Shown here: in pieces, positions 1 through 10,010 of the stretch | Numbering within the stretch: position 1 is the stretch's first letter | Layout of the letters: each line of letters opens with the position of its first letter | Sequence record: MH383160.1 | DNA length: 64,000 nt | Reading direction: 5' to 3' (one strand) | The notes under the pieces: model-generated | Told to the model about the DNA's origin: nothing | Database searches by the model: none | The model's input: the letters and a program-made list of their open reading frames with translations, nothing else | Position numbers and translations under genes: made by a program

Positions 1-595
1 ATTCAAGAGCTTCTTCTGCATTTAACCACAAATCACGGTCTGCATCTTTAAGTAGTTGTTCGTGTGTTACACCAACTGCTTCTGCAATTTCTTTAGTCAA
101 TAGAGTGTTTAGGGCATCAGAATGTTTAAGTGAAATCTTCTGGTCAGTAATTAGACCTTGTGTACCAGAACTTACTTGGTGACACATGAAATAAGAACGC
201 TTACCACCTAAACGGAAACCTTTAGTGCCAATTACAGATTGTGTATAGCAACCCATTGATGCTGCATAGCCCATTACTACAGTGCGAATTGGAGAAATAC
301 AAGACTTAGCAACATCTGCAATACCCAAACCTGCGTGTACTGAACCACCCGGTGAACTAATGTAGAATGTAATAGGGGAATCACCTTGTGAGTCTAACCA
401 TACCAATTGTTGTTTGATGATATGTGCCATTTGATCATTGAAATCAGTATCAAGGAAAATGATACGGTCTTGCATCATACGAGATGCTAGATCATATGTA
501 CGTTCTGAACCATTAACTTTCTCAACTACGTAAGGAATAGAAATGTTACGTACTTCGCCATTAGCATAACCACCAAACATGAATTGTTCAACCAT
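1..595 (-). CDS. clpP: ATP-dependent Clp protease proteolytic subunit (3' end runs off window)
   Basis: Manual translation: MVEQFMFGG...TYDLASRMMQDRIIFL...YISSPGGSVHAGLGIAD...GYAASMG...FMCHQVS...DRDLWLNAEEAL; Ser/His/Asp triad motifs intact; SD GAGG upstream. Confidence 0.92.
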   Translation of the reverse strand, partial: MVEQFMFGGYANGEVRNISIPYVVEKVNGSERTYDLASRMMQDRIIFLDTDFNDQMAHIIKQQLVWLDSQGDSPITFYISSPGGSVHAGLGIADVAKSCISPIRTVVMGYAASMGCYTQSVIGTKGFRLGGKRSYFMCHQVSSGTQGLITDQKISLKHSDALNTLLTKEIAEAVGVTHEQLLKDADRDLWLNAEEALE

Positions 596-629
596 TATTT
601 ATTTCCTCTATTATTTCGTTGTTGTGAGT

Positions 630-658
630 ATTATATCACTAAGATTTAAAATGTCCAA
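630..658 (-). promoter_or_regulatory. sigma70-type promoter upstream of clpP
   Basis: TTGGAC-17-TATAAT with extended -10 TG. Confidence 0.6.
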
Positions 659-659
659 A

Positions 660-1100
660 CTATTTTACTGGAATATTTGAAAAGAAATCAGTCATCCAAT
701 ACGCCGTCTCTTTGTTGAATAATACTGGATCAAACTTAAGTAACTCAACATGACTTGTATCATACACGCTTGTATCGGTAATGTCAAACAAAGTTTTAGT
801 ACTGAATAGTGGATTACTCACTAGAAAGTAGTAATCAGCAGTAGTGCTAATGTCATCATAAAACACACCGTCATACCATCCATCATCATATACATAAACA
901 GAATCGTCATGAAGATAGTAAACTTCTATATGTAAACTCAAGTTCTTCATGGTTTCAATCATTTTTGCCGTATGAGGATTTAACTTATTGACATTTTCAA
1001 AAACATAAGAGTGTTTTTTATTCATATCAACAAATGAAAATATTCGTACTGAACGTATATTCATATTACTCCAAATAAACAAGTGAATTAATGAAATCAT
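660..1100 (-). CDS. hypothetical protein (true start probably internal, near 1064)
   Basis: 146 aa ORF in operon context. Confidence 0.6.
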   Translation of the reverse strand: MISLIHLFIWSNMNIRSVRIFSFVDMNKKHSYVFENVNKLNPHTAKMIETMKNLSLHIEVYYLHDDSVYVYDDGWYDGVFYDDISTTADYYFLVSNPLFSTKTLFDITDTSVYDTSHVELLKFDPVLFNKETAYWMTDFFSNIPVK

Positions 1101-1449
1101 ATTTCAATTTATCATCAACATAATTCAAATCAACTTTAATCATCGGAGCATGGGAACGTATAGACAGTGTTTCCATAAAGTACTGATTAAGTTTGTATGT
1201 ATGGAAAAGATGAATATCTCGTTTCAACACCACCATTACTTCCCCGAACAGATCACAGAGTTCAACTTCAGTGTTAGTTGGGTCAAACCCATAACGATTC
1301 TTTAATGTACGTGGTTCTTTATTTCGATAATAATGCACAGCTTTATTACTATTCACTAACAAGTGATGATATGCATTACTATAAACTGAGCAAATAACTC
1401 GGCTTGGATAATTGGTATATTCTGGTAGTTCAAAATAAATTAATGACAC
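1066..1449 (-). CDS. hypothetical protein
   Basis: 127 aa ORF in operon context. Confidence 0.65.
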   Translation of the reverse strand: MSLIYFELPEYTNYPSRVICSVYSNAYHHLLVNSNKAVHYYRNKEPRTLKNRYGFDPTNTEVELCDLFGEVMVVLKRDIHLFHTYKLNQYFMETLSIRSHAPMIKVDLNYVDDKLKYDFINSLVYLE

Positions 1450-1461
1450 AATATCCTCTCA

Positions 1462-2253
1462 TTAAATTTCAAATACAAATTTAGGATTGTAATCAAAATT
1501 CTCACAAGCTCCACTGTATGATTCATAGCCTCGTGGATTACAAATGATACGTGTCTTACCAATGTGGTAGTCAAAGCTACTATGAACATGACCATGAATC
1601 CAAACATCAGCACCCAAATCTTCAATGTACTGATCCATATCGGAACAGTAACAACCATTCAGTGAATCATTTTTATATTTTGGTGAAACACTTTGATAAC
1701 TTGGTGCGTGATGGGTAACCACGATGACCTTGAAATCATTATCATGCATAAAGCGAACTGTGTCAATAGAATTTTTGATAAATTGTTTATCTTTGTGATG
1801 CATAAACTCAGTATCATCTGGTGTCAGTTTCTTACGCCAAGGCTCTGATGTTGTTCCATGACGGATATGTTTGTAATCGTTCATCTTCTGACGAGCATCA
1901 AACTTCGTCAAAGAATTACCTTTATCGAAGTCTGTCCACAGAGTACTACCAACAAGCAGTACTCCATCCAGCCATACAAATTTGTTTTGCAAAAAGATGA
2001 AATTTGGAATCTCATCTTGTATATCGGACAGTACTTGGTGCGTCTTGTGAATGTTTGAACCGTAATATTCATGGTTACCTGGAACCAGTACTACATTCTT
2101 AAACTGCTTACACAGGGATTCAATGCCAGTACGATAACGACTACGTTTAACTTCATCAAAATCCCCAGCAATAATCAGTACTGTATCACTGTAATCACCA
2201 CTATGGAGGTAATCAGTACCACCGTGTACGTCAGACGTTACAACAAATTTCAT
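1462..2253 (-). CDS. calcineurin-like metallophosphoesterase
   Basis: Motifs SDVHG, AGDFD, PGNHE, THHAP, HGHVH. Confidence 0.9.
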   Translation of the reverse strand: MKFVVTSDVHGGTDYLHSGDYSDTVLIIAGDFDEVKRSRYRTGIESLCKQFKNVVLVPGNHEYYGSNIHKTHQVLSDIQDEIPNFIFLQNKFVWLDGVLLVGSTLWTDFDKGNSLTKFDARQKMNDYKHIRHGTTSEPWRKKLTPDDTEFMHHKDKQFIKNSIDTVRFMHDNDFKVIVVTHHAPSYQSVSPKYKNDSLNGCYCSDMDQYIEDLGADVWIHGHVHSSFDYHIGKTRIICNPRGYESYSGACENFDYNPKFVFEI

Positions 2254-2272
2254 AATTACCTCCTATAAGTGT

Positions 2273-3691
2273 TTAGCCAAGTGATTCAATGATACTGTTT
2301 GAGAACACCTCAACAGCACTATCACGAATTTCTAAAATACGAGTATAGTCGTCACAAGTGTTTTTGTCAAATCTAAATTCAATAAACACTGGTAAGAACA
2401 GTGATGGCTCACCAGTACGCTTGTCGAATACAATGTCATTACACTCAACTGTAACCACTTTACCAATAAGTTCTTGCATTCTTTCCCAAATGGTTTTAAA
2501 GGTCCATTCAGCATCTTTCTCTTTGATACCAGTACCCACATTAACTTTCAATGAACCACAAGCACTTTCCAGTTGTAAAGAACCTAGGCTTCCTTTACGT
2601 TTACCTTCACCTTCATTGAAACCAACAATACGCAAGTCTAGTTGCATTTTCAATTTCATTTTCAACTGCTTCGGAGAAGTGTGAGATTTCCAGATACCAT
2701 CTTCACATTTCAGTACTGAACCCTCTTCACCTTCGTTCATTAGTTCACTATTGTACTCAAATGCTTCTTTGATGTTTAGAACTTTACGGAATCTAACCAT
2801 ACGAACAAAATCACTATTGAGTTCGTTAATTGCATCTACTAAGATCTCGCGACGTTCTTTACGTTTTACATCCCATACACCTTCACAAAATGCATCATAT
2901 GGAACAACATCCCATAGAACGAATACAGTACGCATTGCTTCATTCTGACTGATGCTATCTTTACCAGCTTTCTGAATTATACCGTTGCCAGTAGTGCGTG
3001 GGAGAATGGTTTCTCCATCATTGTCCAGTACTACACCTTCCCCCATAAAGACCACACCACTACTAAAACGTTCATCTTTACTTTGGATGATGTGAGCAAG
3101 ACCTGCCATCTCACCATCACGACAACCCAGGAAGTCGTATAGTTTACCATTACGGGATGTAGAAGTTAATGAACCATTAATGACAACGTGGTTCAAGTAC
3201 TGACCATCCATTTTCACTTCTGATATAGCGTAACCATAATCTTTGAAGTTGATGTTCTTTGCAGTCTTTTTGTCAATCAAAGAACAACGCATATATGGTT
3301 CGTCTTTAATAAAGCCTTTACCAAATACATCATTGCAGTTCTTTTCTTGAATACCACAATCAAGGTTTTTAGTAAGCATTTTACGGAGAACTTCCTGATC
3401 ATCTTCAGATACAGAACCCAGTACTGAAGCAATGAAATCACGCCCCGCATTTCCTGTCACATCACGCTTGTAAATGCATTCTAGCTTATCAATTGCTTCA
3501 TCTAACGTCATATGTTGATATACGTCATCAGCGGCAGGGAGCTTCTTATAGCCACTAACGATAGAAGGGTCTAGAGTATATTTCAGTACTTTTTGTAAAG
3601 TTACATTATCTTTATTTTGTTCAAGAATAGCTTTTTTGCCTAGTGTACTGCTAGTATTTTTAATGCTTTCAAGAATTGCTAAAATGCTCAT
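2273..3691 (-). CDS. lig: ATP-dependent DNA ligase, T4 gp30-like
   Basis: Motif I EVKMDG, EGEEGSVLK, WKSHTSPKQLKMK, OB-fold VNVGTG and LFLPVFIEFRFDK. Confidence 0.95.
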   Translation of the reverse strand: MSILAILESIKNTSSTLGKKAILEQNKDNVTLQKVLKYTLDPSIVSGYKKLPAADDVYQHMTLDEAIDKLECIYKRDVTGNAGRDFIASVLGSVSEDDQEVLRKMLTKNLDCGIQEKNCNDVFGKGFIKDEPYMRCSLIDKKTAKNINFKDYGYAISEVKMDGQYLNHVVINGSLTSTSRNGKLYDFLGCRDGEMAGLAHIIQSKDERFSSGVVFMGEGVVLDNDGETILPRTTGNGIIQKAGKDSISQNEAMRTVFVLWDVVPYDAFCEGVWDVKRKERREILVDAINELNSDFVRMVRFRKVLNIKEAFEYNSELMNEGEEGSVLKCEDGIWKSHTSPKQLKMKLKMQLDLRIVGFNEGEGKRKGSLGSLQLESACGSLKVNVGTGIKEKDAEWTFKTIWERMQELIGKVVTVECNDIVFDKRTGEPSLFLPVFIEFRFDKNTCDDYTRILEIRDSAVEVFSNSIIESLG

Positions 3692-3702
3692 TGTATATTC
3701 CT

Positions 3703-4905
3703 TTATAGATAATACTTTCCAATATAAAGTGGATTACTAATTGATAGTTGAACGTGACACGGCTTATCTTGGTAGTAACGAGAACTTGATGTTTTGCGTT
3801 CATTTGGTGGGAAGAATGGGGAACGATAGCCATTCCATGTACTAAATGATGAGTGTTCATTAATATCAACATCCATTACCATAATCCCATTATCATCAAT
3901 TTGAACTGGATATGCACTAAAGCGTTCAAATTTATCATTATAATGGATATTATAATCTCCACTACGCCCATAATAACTACGCGTTGTATTATTACTTACA
4001 CCAAAAAATACGCGATATGTTTGTTCATTATCTTTAGTCATAAATGGTACGTTCTCGTTGAAACGTCCATTATTCATAAGATCATCAACATTTATTTCTT
4101 CATATTTAATTTTTAGGTCTTTTGCTTTAAATGATTTATTGTGTACCAGTACTGGAATGTTAGATTCACCTAATGGGTTATGTCTGTTTGTTCTATAGCT
4201 TTGCCAAAATTCATTAGCAAGTTTAATTTCTTCATCTGCCGTAGTCTTCTTATTCAAGAGTGCACGAGGTTCAAGATTGTAATTATCCAAACGTTGATTC
4301 AATGCATAAGTTCCACGAGTACTGTTAAAAAGTAAATGATAAACTGAACTTTTGTCTGGATATGCAAATTCTTTAGTTTTCTTTATACAAATTGCATGTA
4401 CTTTACCGCAGTAATAGTAATCTTCTTTAAGATAAGTGAAACCATCACCAACTTTAAGACCTGCTACAGTTTCTTTTTGTTGTTCTTTTTTATTTTCTTT
4501 TTCAACTAACTTAGCAAACGTTTTTGTTTTACCATTAATTAATTCTAAGTTATTGTTGAAAAACATTGGGTCTACAAAAACACCTTTGATTATATCGTTA
4601 TTGATAATTAAATCATTCATGTTTTTTGCACTAATCATAAATTCAAATCCTTCTGGGTGACGGATCGTGAAATATGTTTCTCGTGCATGAGTTGTTAATT
4701 TATCAACTACACAAAATCCCGTAGTTGGAACGTTGTCAATATATAACGATGGAAGATTGTTCTTCTTTGCCCAGTACTCTGCTCTCTCTTTCTTTGTTTC
4801 AAACGCTTTTGTATGTGATTTTGTTGCATCGATAATAAAACCATCAACTTGGTTGTGGTTTACATAGGAACGTGCAACAAATAACTTCTCTGGAAAATCC
4901 ATCAA
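3703..4905 (-). CDS. conserved phage hypothetical protein
   Basis: 400 aa ORF; IRHPEGFEFMIS segment recalls a widespread uncharacterised phage family (unverified recollection). Confidence 0.75.
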   Translation of the reverse strand: MMDFPEKLFVARSYVNHNQVDGFIIDATKSHTKAFETKKERAEYWAKKNNLPSLYIDNVPTTGFCVVDKLTTHARETYFTIRHPEGFEFMISAKNMNDLIINNDIIKGVFVDPMFFNNNLELINGKTKTFAKLVEKENKKEQQKETVAGLKVGDGFTYLKEDYYYCGKVHAICIKKTKEFAYPDKSSVYHLLFNSTRGTYALNQRLDNYNLEPRALLNKKTTADEEIKLANEFWQSYRTNRHNPLGESNIPVLVHNKSFKAKDLKIKYEEINVDDLMNNGRFNENVPFMTKDNEQTYRVFFGVSNNTTRSYYGRSGDYNIHYNDKFERFSAYPVQIDDNGIMVMDVDINEHSSFSTWNGYRSPFFPPNERKTSSSRYYQDKPCHVQLSISNPLYIGKYYL

Positions 4906-5321
4906 ATTGTCCTCATTGTGCTGATTGCTTTTAATGTGTCAAACAATGCACCATATTTTACTTGCATTAGTTGATCACCAGCAGGAAGATTCATACGCAT
5001 AACAGCCATGTCTTCAATCATTTCAGACGTACACAGTACTGCTACACAGGTAATAGCATCATTCAATCCAGCTTCATTGAATTTGGCAAACGGAACTTTT
5101 CCCTGTTTGCTAAGGTTGTTATAATAAGAATTTAACTTATCATGTCCACCAGCATTTAGTACTACAATAGTTTCGTGTTCATAGTACCATTCATCAATAA
5201 TAGTACTGAAAGCAGTACCTTCATATTCTTTAATTAGTTTAACACCAGCATGGAATGCTTGAATACCAGCTTGGACACCTTGGCAGTACATATTAGTTAA
5301 ACAATACAATTTCATTTCCAT
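4902..5321 (-). CDS. peptidyl-tRNA hydrolase 2 (PTH2)-like protein
   Basis: GVQAGIQAFHA, ETIVVLNAGG, FNEAGLNDAITCVAV pattern typical of PTH2-fold phage proteins. Confidence 0.55.
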   Translation of the reverse strand: MEMKLYCLTNMYCQGVQAGIQAFHAGVKLIKEYEGTAFSTIIDEWYYEHETIVVLNAGGHDKLNSYYNNLSKQGKVPFAKFNEAGLNDAITCVAVLCTSEMIEDMAVMRMNLPAGDQLMQVKYGALFDTLKAISTMRTI

Positions 5322-5539
5322 ACCTCTTGTTTTTCTAAAAACCCTTTACCATCACAGCGTGGACATGCATAATAGCTGCGATAGTCTTCAGATGGCACTT
5401 GTTGTGTTCCATTACATGTAGGACACACTTTACGTGCACCTGAAATAATACGTTCATGATGTTCAGCTTGTTTAGCTGAATCAAAAATGCGACCATCTTC
5501 AGTTTGGTATTTTTCTACCATAACTTGAATTACTTTCAT
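5312..5539 (-). CDS. small protein with DnaJ-type zinc finger
   Basis: CPTCNGT and CPRCDGKG (CxxCxGxG-like) pairs. Confidence 0.7.
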   Translation of the reverse strand: MKVIQVMVEKYQTEDGRIFDSAKQAEHHERIISGARKVCPTCNGTQQVPSEDYRSYYACPRCDGKGFLEKQEVWK

Positions 5540-5549
5540 TTCTATTTCC

Positions 5550-5819
5550 TTATAAAAATGTTAAATCTTCAGTACTTAATTGTGATAATTTACCATCATA
5601 TTCAATTTCAACATATACATTTTGGTCATAAACAGCAACTACACGTTTAATAACTCCAACCTTCACGACATTCTTTTTGTAGTTGAACTCAACTGAACAA
5701 CCAATAAGTTTATTTGATAGAATCTCACGTATTTGATTTGCATGATCTTTTAGGATAGAATTAATAGATTTTTTCATAATATATCTATCATTCAAATATT
5801 TTTTAACTACATCATGCAT
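5550..5819 (-). CDS. family C small hypothetical protein
   Basis: helix then KLIGCSVEF and beta-rich C-terminus. Confidence 0.65.
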   Translation of the reverse strand: MHDVVKKYLNDRYIMKKSINSILKDHANQIREILSNKLIGCSVEFNYKKNVVKVGVIKRVVAVYDQNVYVEIEYDGKLSQLSTEDLTFL

Positions 5820-5824
5820 AATTA

Positions 5825-6583
5825 TTACCTTTTGAAACGATTGAATGAGTACTCATCTTTTTCTTTACGTAAGTATCTCATTCCACCACTTTGTGGAGTA
5901 GCGAGAGTTAAGTCACCCGTCAAGAACTGACTATCAATCCAAATGCGATTACCGTAAATTAGTGGATCTGTAACTGCTGTATGTCCACTAAAGACACAAT
6001 GCACTCCATCTAACTTAGGTGCATAATATGTATTATTAGTTCTACAATAATCGAATGTTTTTCTATCCCACAAGCACTTATCAATTATATCAGCACTAAG
6101 TGATTTTGTCCCATTAACAAATCGTTCCCATGTTGTATATTCCAACGGAACTCCAGCATGAACTAACCCAATCTTCAATCCTCGGTGATTGATTTGGATA
6201 ATCATAGGGAGATCCTTTAAGTACTGACGAAAGAATTGAATGCCTGTTCCTCCAACTTCATCAAGGAATTTATCACCACCATTACTTATCCAGCAATGAT
6301 ACCAATCTCGAAGTGTTTCCGAATCAACGCACATCATCTCATGATTACCCGCAATCATGTAACGATTTTCTCCGAACAAAAATTCAAAAAGGAGCTTTGA
6401 ATTTTGTTCTCCACGGTCGATAATATCACCTACACTGAAAACATAATCATTGTGTGTAATACCAAATTCTTTCACTGTAGCATCCCATAGTTTTCCATTA
6501 CCATGCAAATCACCTACAATGTATAAATCTTTATCATCAGGTACGGTTACTTCTAAGAAGTGTTTCATTATTACTCCAACCAT
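5825..6583 (-). CDS. Ser/Thr protein phosphatase, lambda NinI/PrpA-like
   Basis: GDLHG, GDIIDRG, GNHE, HAG, SGHT motifs. Confidence 0.9.
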   Translation of the reverse strand: MVGVIMKHFLEVTVPDDKDLYIVGDLHGNGKLWDATVKEFGITHNDYVFSVGDIIDRGEQNSKLLFEFLFGENRYMIAGNHEMMCVDSETLRDWYHCWISNGGDKFLDEVGGTGIQFFRQYLKDLPMIIQINHRGLKIGLVHAGVPLEYTTWERFVNGTKSLSADIIDKCLWDRKTFDYCRTNNTYYAPKLDGVHCVFSGHTAVTDPLIYGNRIWIDSQFLTGDLTLATPQSGGMRYLRKEKDEYSFNRFKR

Positions 6584-6822
6584 ATAATATTAGTGTGTTT
6601 AGTAACTTGTGTTCCAGCAAAAGAACCATCTTTAAGATAAGTATTAATTTTAAAACGCCATTCACCACCACTAATATACATATCAGTAATAATATACTTT
6701 CCATACCCTCTGGAGTTTATTAATCGTACTTCTTGACCAATATATTTTGGCTTCAGATCATTTATAAAATCATCAGCCAAAGACATAAGATATCGCAGAT
6801 GTGATAAGTCAGTGTTGAACAT
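6571..6822 (-). CDS. family C small hypothetical protein
   Basis: KYIGQEVRL motif. Confidence 0.65.
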   Translation of the reverse strand: MFNTDLSHLRYLMSLADDFINDLKPKYIGQEVRLINSRGYGKYIITDMYISGGEWRFKINTYLKDGSFAGTQVTKHTNIIWLE

Positions 6823-7037
6823 TATTTCTTTCTCTTATATTTGTTAATAATATCTTGGGTAAGTGAAATAAAAATATATACTAATGTTACAGGCCAAATA
6901 ATAGCCATCAGTGCTGCTGTTTGGAGATTCATGATAATCATGATTTCATCTTTAAAACAACCCCAATTGAGTACTAGAAAGTTGGTTATAAATGTAACAA
7001 ATGCTACAAATCCATATATTGCAAAAAATGTTATCAT
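6822..7037 (-). CDS. small membrane protein
   Basis: 71 aa, two hydrophobic segments, IWPVTL. Confidence 0.7.
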   Translation of the reverse strand: MITFFAIYGFVAFVTFITNFLVLNWGCFKDEIMIIMNLQTAALMAIIWPVTLVYIFISLTQDIINKYKRKK

Positions 7038-7039
7038 AA

Positions 7040-7369
7040 TTATTCCTCATCATCCACTAAAACAAGATAATCCAAACTCAACTCGGTATCTATGTAACAA
7101 TCACAATTCAAGTACTCAATTTCAGCACCTATAGTTCTCCCATTCTTAAATATCTCAATGATTTTCATTCTAGTATTGGGATTAATGTGTTCAATGTCGT
7201 ATTCGTATTCAGGGTCAATATACTGACTTGTCATACGTTTGATGTATTGTTCCGAATATCGTACAGTTTTACCTATAAGATCATTACTCAACGTCTGATA
7301 AAAATCATCTTGAATTTTGAATAATGACCTATAAAAAATATTATGTTGAATTAGTGGTTTCATTGACAT
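7040..7369 (-). CDS. family C-like hypothetical protein
   Basis: DLIGKTVRY motif. Confidence 0.65.
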   Translation of the reverse strand: MSMKPLIQHNIFYRSLFKIQDDFYQTLSNDLIGKTVRYSEQYIKRMTSQYIDPEYEYDIEHINPNTRMKIIEIFKNGRTIGAEIEYLNCDCYIDTELSLDYLVLVDDEE

Positions 7370-7998
7370 TAATCACAACTTCCAGACGATGAACTTGAAT
7401 CAGAACTAGAGCTATCATAGGAACAAGAATCAGAGGAAGAACTGCTGTGACGGCTATAATCACTGTAATCATCATTGTTGTAGATTGGTGATGTTACGAT
7501 TGCTGCTGCGGTCGCTGCCGTTGCAATTTGTGCAGTATGGTCATGAACATCTAGTTTTGGTTCATCCTTAGATTTACCTTTGTTCTTACCTTTAGTGTAA
7601 CGAGCTTTCTTTGCAGTTTTAGTATTTTTCTGTACTTTAGGAGCTTTTGGTTTCACATCTTCAACTACTGGAACTACATTCACTACAACTTTAGGATCAG
7701 TTTCTTCAAGTGTATTATACACTTTAACTTGCATTTGAACTTCAACTTCTTTAACTTCTTCTTTAACTTCTGGAATAACTGTTTCTGGTGCTGGAGTGAT
7801 TTTATCAAGTTCTTTAGTAATAAAGAAGCTTGTATTTTTCTCACCTAGCATAACAAGAAGACCAATGGCAATCACTGGACTTAGTACTGTACCAAGTACT
7901 ACATAACCTAGAACACTTCTGTTATAGTTATATGCAAGCATACCAGAAATAATAATACCGATTACATATGCACTGCTAAGAATAATTGGGGTTAACAT
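7369..7998 (-). CDS. membrane protein with Lys-rich linker and Ser/Asp-rich tail
   Basis: Two N-terminal TM segments; C-terminus SSSSSDSCSYDSSSSDSSSSSGSCD. Confidence 0.75.
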   Translation of the reverse strand: MLTPIILSSAYVIGIIISGMLAYNYNRSVLGYVVLGTVLSPVIAIGLLVMLGEKNTSFFITKELDKITPAPETVIPEVKEEVKEVEVQMQVKVYNTLEETDPKVVVNVVPVVEDVKPKAPKVQKNTKTAKKARYTKGKNKGKSKDEPKLDVHDHTAQIATAATAAAIVTSPIYNNDDYSDYSRHSSSSSDSCSYDSSSSDSSSSSGSCD

Positions 7999-8302
7999 AT
8001 TCTACTCCTTTGTATATAAATTTACTAACTTCTTCGATGTATAAAGACAACCCTGAACGTTCATTTAGAACTAACCAAGCACCAAAACCACATCGAATCT
8101 CGGATATACGAAACTCTTCTACACTATAAATTGAATACGCGTTAAATGGACATATTTCATCAGATATACTTACCACATAGTTATTATTAATTGAATCTAA
8201 CACCTGGGTATTGTATAAATTATTAGTACTGAAAATCTGCATTAACGAGCTAGAAAGCATCTCGGTTGTCTTTTCTAATATTGTTAAAAACGAACCATTC
8301 AC
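7976..8302 (-). CDS. hypothetical protein
   Basis: 108 aa ORF in operon context. Confidence 0.55.
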   Translation of the reverse strand: MNGSFLTILEKTTEMLSSSLMQIFSTNNLYNTQVLDSINNNYVVSISDEICPFNAYSIYSVEEFRISEIRCGFGAWLVLNERSGLSLYIEEVSKFIYKGVEYVNPNYS

Positions 8303-8359
8303 TTCAACTTCTCCCTATTGGTGATGTAATCAAATTATATCACCGAATTCTGATACGTC

Positions 8360-8665
8360 TCATGATATTCGCATTTCATCTATATATAATGAACATGATT
8401 CAGAATTATCGTCTAAACTTAAACCTAAATCGACCATCAAACCGCAATGCGTTCCCCAGAATTTCTTTATGTATAGTTTTTTGCTACTATTACCTAAATC
8501 ATAAACATATTCATTTTTAAATATACTTTTTAATTCTTCACATATACATTTTATTATCTTCATTACTTGATTATGATATTCGTATGGTATTCCATCAAGT
8601 TCGTTAATTATTAATGCAAAACCATTATCATAGTACTTAAGTTTATTGAATGTTTGTATATCCAT
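8360..8665 (-). CDS. hypothetical protein, family C-like
   Basis: 101 aa, helix plus beta architecture. Confidence 0.6.
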   Translation of the reverse strand: MDIQTFNKLKYYDNGFALIINELDGIPYEYHNQVMKIIKCICEELKSIFKNEYVYDLGNSSKKLYIKKFWGTHCGLMVDLGLSLDDNSESCSLYIDEMRIS

Positions 8666-8962
8666 TTAATATATAATCTCACTAGCTTCTATTGTGTAGA
8701 CACCATCATCAGTCATTAATCTTACTGCAACTTTAATATTACTAGACATTCGTGTAACTATCAATCCAATAATTATACCATTCTTTAAAGTACCATTATG
8801 GTATCTAACTTTTACTTCAGTTTTATTATCAATTAAGTATCTTCTAATTATGTGTATTTCATTTCTGAATAATTCTAAAAAAGCTTCACTATTTTCTTTA
8901 TCTGACCCGTCTGAACACCAGTACAATAAATTTACTTGTTCAAATAATTTTTTTATATTCAT
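8666..8962 (-). CDS. hypothetical protein, family C-like
   Basis: 98 aa; YLIDNKTEVKV...GIIIG beta-rich tail. Confidence 0.6.
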   Translation of the reverse strand: MNIKKLFEQVNLLYWCSDGSDKENSEAFLELFRNEIHIIRRYLIDNKTEVKVRYHNGTLKNGIIIGLIVTRMSSNIKVAVRLMTDDGVYTIEASEIIY

Positions 8963-9318
8963 AAAAATCTCACAGATTTAATATTACTGGTTACATGATT
9001 TACCCAAGTGTTATCGAACTTGTAAACAATTGTATTAAGTGATTTATGAAAATTAACCTCGCACACTAAAGCCTTGGAACCATTGATTGTACAGACCGTG
9101 GATGGTAAGTTGTTTGCTAATATCTCTTTTTCATCTAAACATAGTGAACTAATACAATCATAATAGAGAGGTTCAAGAACTTTTTCAGTACTGAGAAATT
9201 CAAAAGAAAGATCATCTATTAGTTTTATGTAATCGAATAAATTATGATAATATTCATTCATTGTAGATCCTTTTAAATTTAGCATTATTAGAATATGTAT
9301 ATGAATGACCAAAATCAT
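8959..9318 (-). CDS. hypothetical protein (start probably MNEYY, near 9261)
   Basis: ORF with overlap-coupled internal ATG. Confidence 0.55.
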   Translation of the reverse strand: MILVIHIHILIMLNLKGSTMNEYYHNLFDYIKLIDDLSFEFLSTEKVLEPLYYDCISSLCLDEKEILANNLPSTVCTINGSKALVCEVNFHKSLNTIVYKFDNTWVNHVTSNIKSVRFL

Positions 9319-9505
9319 TTACACCATGTACATTTAGTACACCGTCACTGAAATAAATTCGATCAATAGTGAGTTCACGTTTATAATCCCAATCATCATA
9401 CCAGCACAGAACACGAATGCCTTTGTACTTTGTAGTTAAATCATTTTCTAATATAGTCAAGTAATCAATATGACTTTTGAATATCTCTAAGTCCTGCTCA
9501 AACAT
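9254..9505 (-). CDS. family C small hypothetical protein
   Basis: KYKGIRVLCW motif. Confidence 0.65.
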   Translation of the reverse strand: MFEQDLEIFKSHIDYLTILENDLTTKYKGIRVLCWYDDWDYKRELTIDRIYFSDGVLNVHGVNDFGHSYTYSNNAKFKRIYNE

Positions 9506-9765
9506 TATTGTTCCTCGTATAATTCTATATCATCAACTCCAACTTGGCGAATTGCAGTACTTCTGATGAATGTATTTTTTTCAAACAAACATACTGTTAA
9601 ACGTATTTCACACTTCAATGCACTGTAATAAATCATATCAATAACACCATATGTTTCATACATTTCTACGTATACATTTCGACCTAAGTACTTTTCTTCT
9701 AAATCAGTAATTAGACTATTGATAAGATTACCTATCTGTGTTATATCTGTGTGAAATTTATCCAT
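9505..9765 (-). CDS. family C small hypothetical protein
   Basis: EKYLGRNVYV motif. Confidence 0.65.
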   Translation of the reverse strand: MDKFHTDITQIGNLINSLITDLEEKYLGRNVYVEMYETYGVIDMIYYSALKCEIRLTVCLFEKNTFIRSTAIRQVGVDDIELYEEQ

Positions 9766-10010
9766 TATAATAAACCTCTCACATAAAACATTGATGAAAA
9801 TAGATAATCATCAGTACTTGTGTTTAGATGTTTAGAAAAGCTATATTTTTTATTTTTATTTTCGTATAAAGACAATCTATAGAACATTTCTATATTTTCT
9901 AAGTATTCTTTTTGTAATAACATCTGTGTTTTTACATTCATTATAATATTCCTTAAAAGAAAAAGGGACCAACATATGATCCCTTTTGTATTAGAAATTT
10001 CCTTCTGCAA
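9765..10010 (-). CDS. small hypothetical protein (start probably internal)
   Basis: 81 aa ORF. Confidence 0.45.
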   Translation of the reverse strand: MQKEISNTKGIICWSLFLLRNIIMNVKTQMLLQKEYLENIEMFYRLSLYENKNKKYSFSKHLNTSTDDYLFSSMFYVRGLL

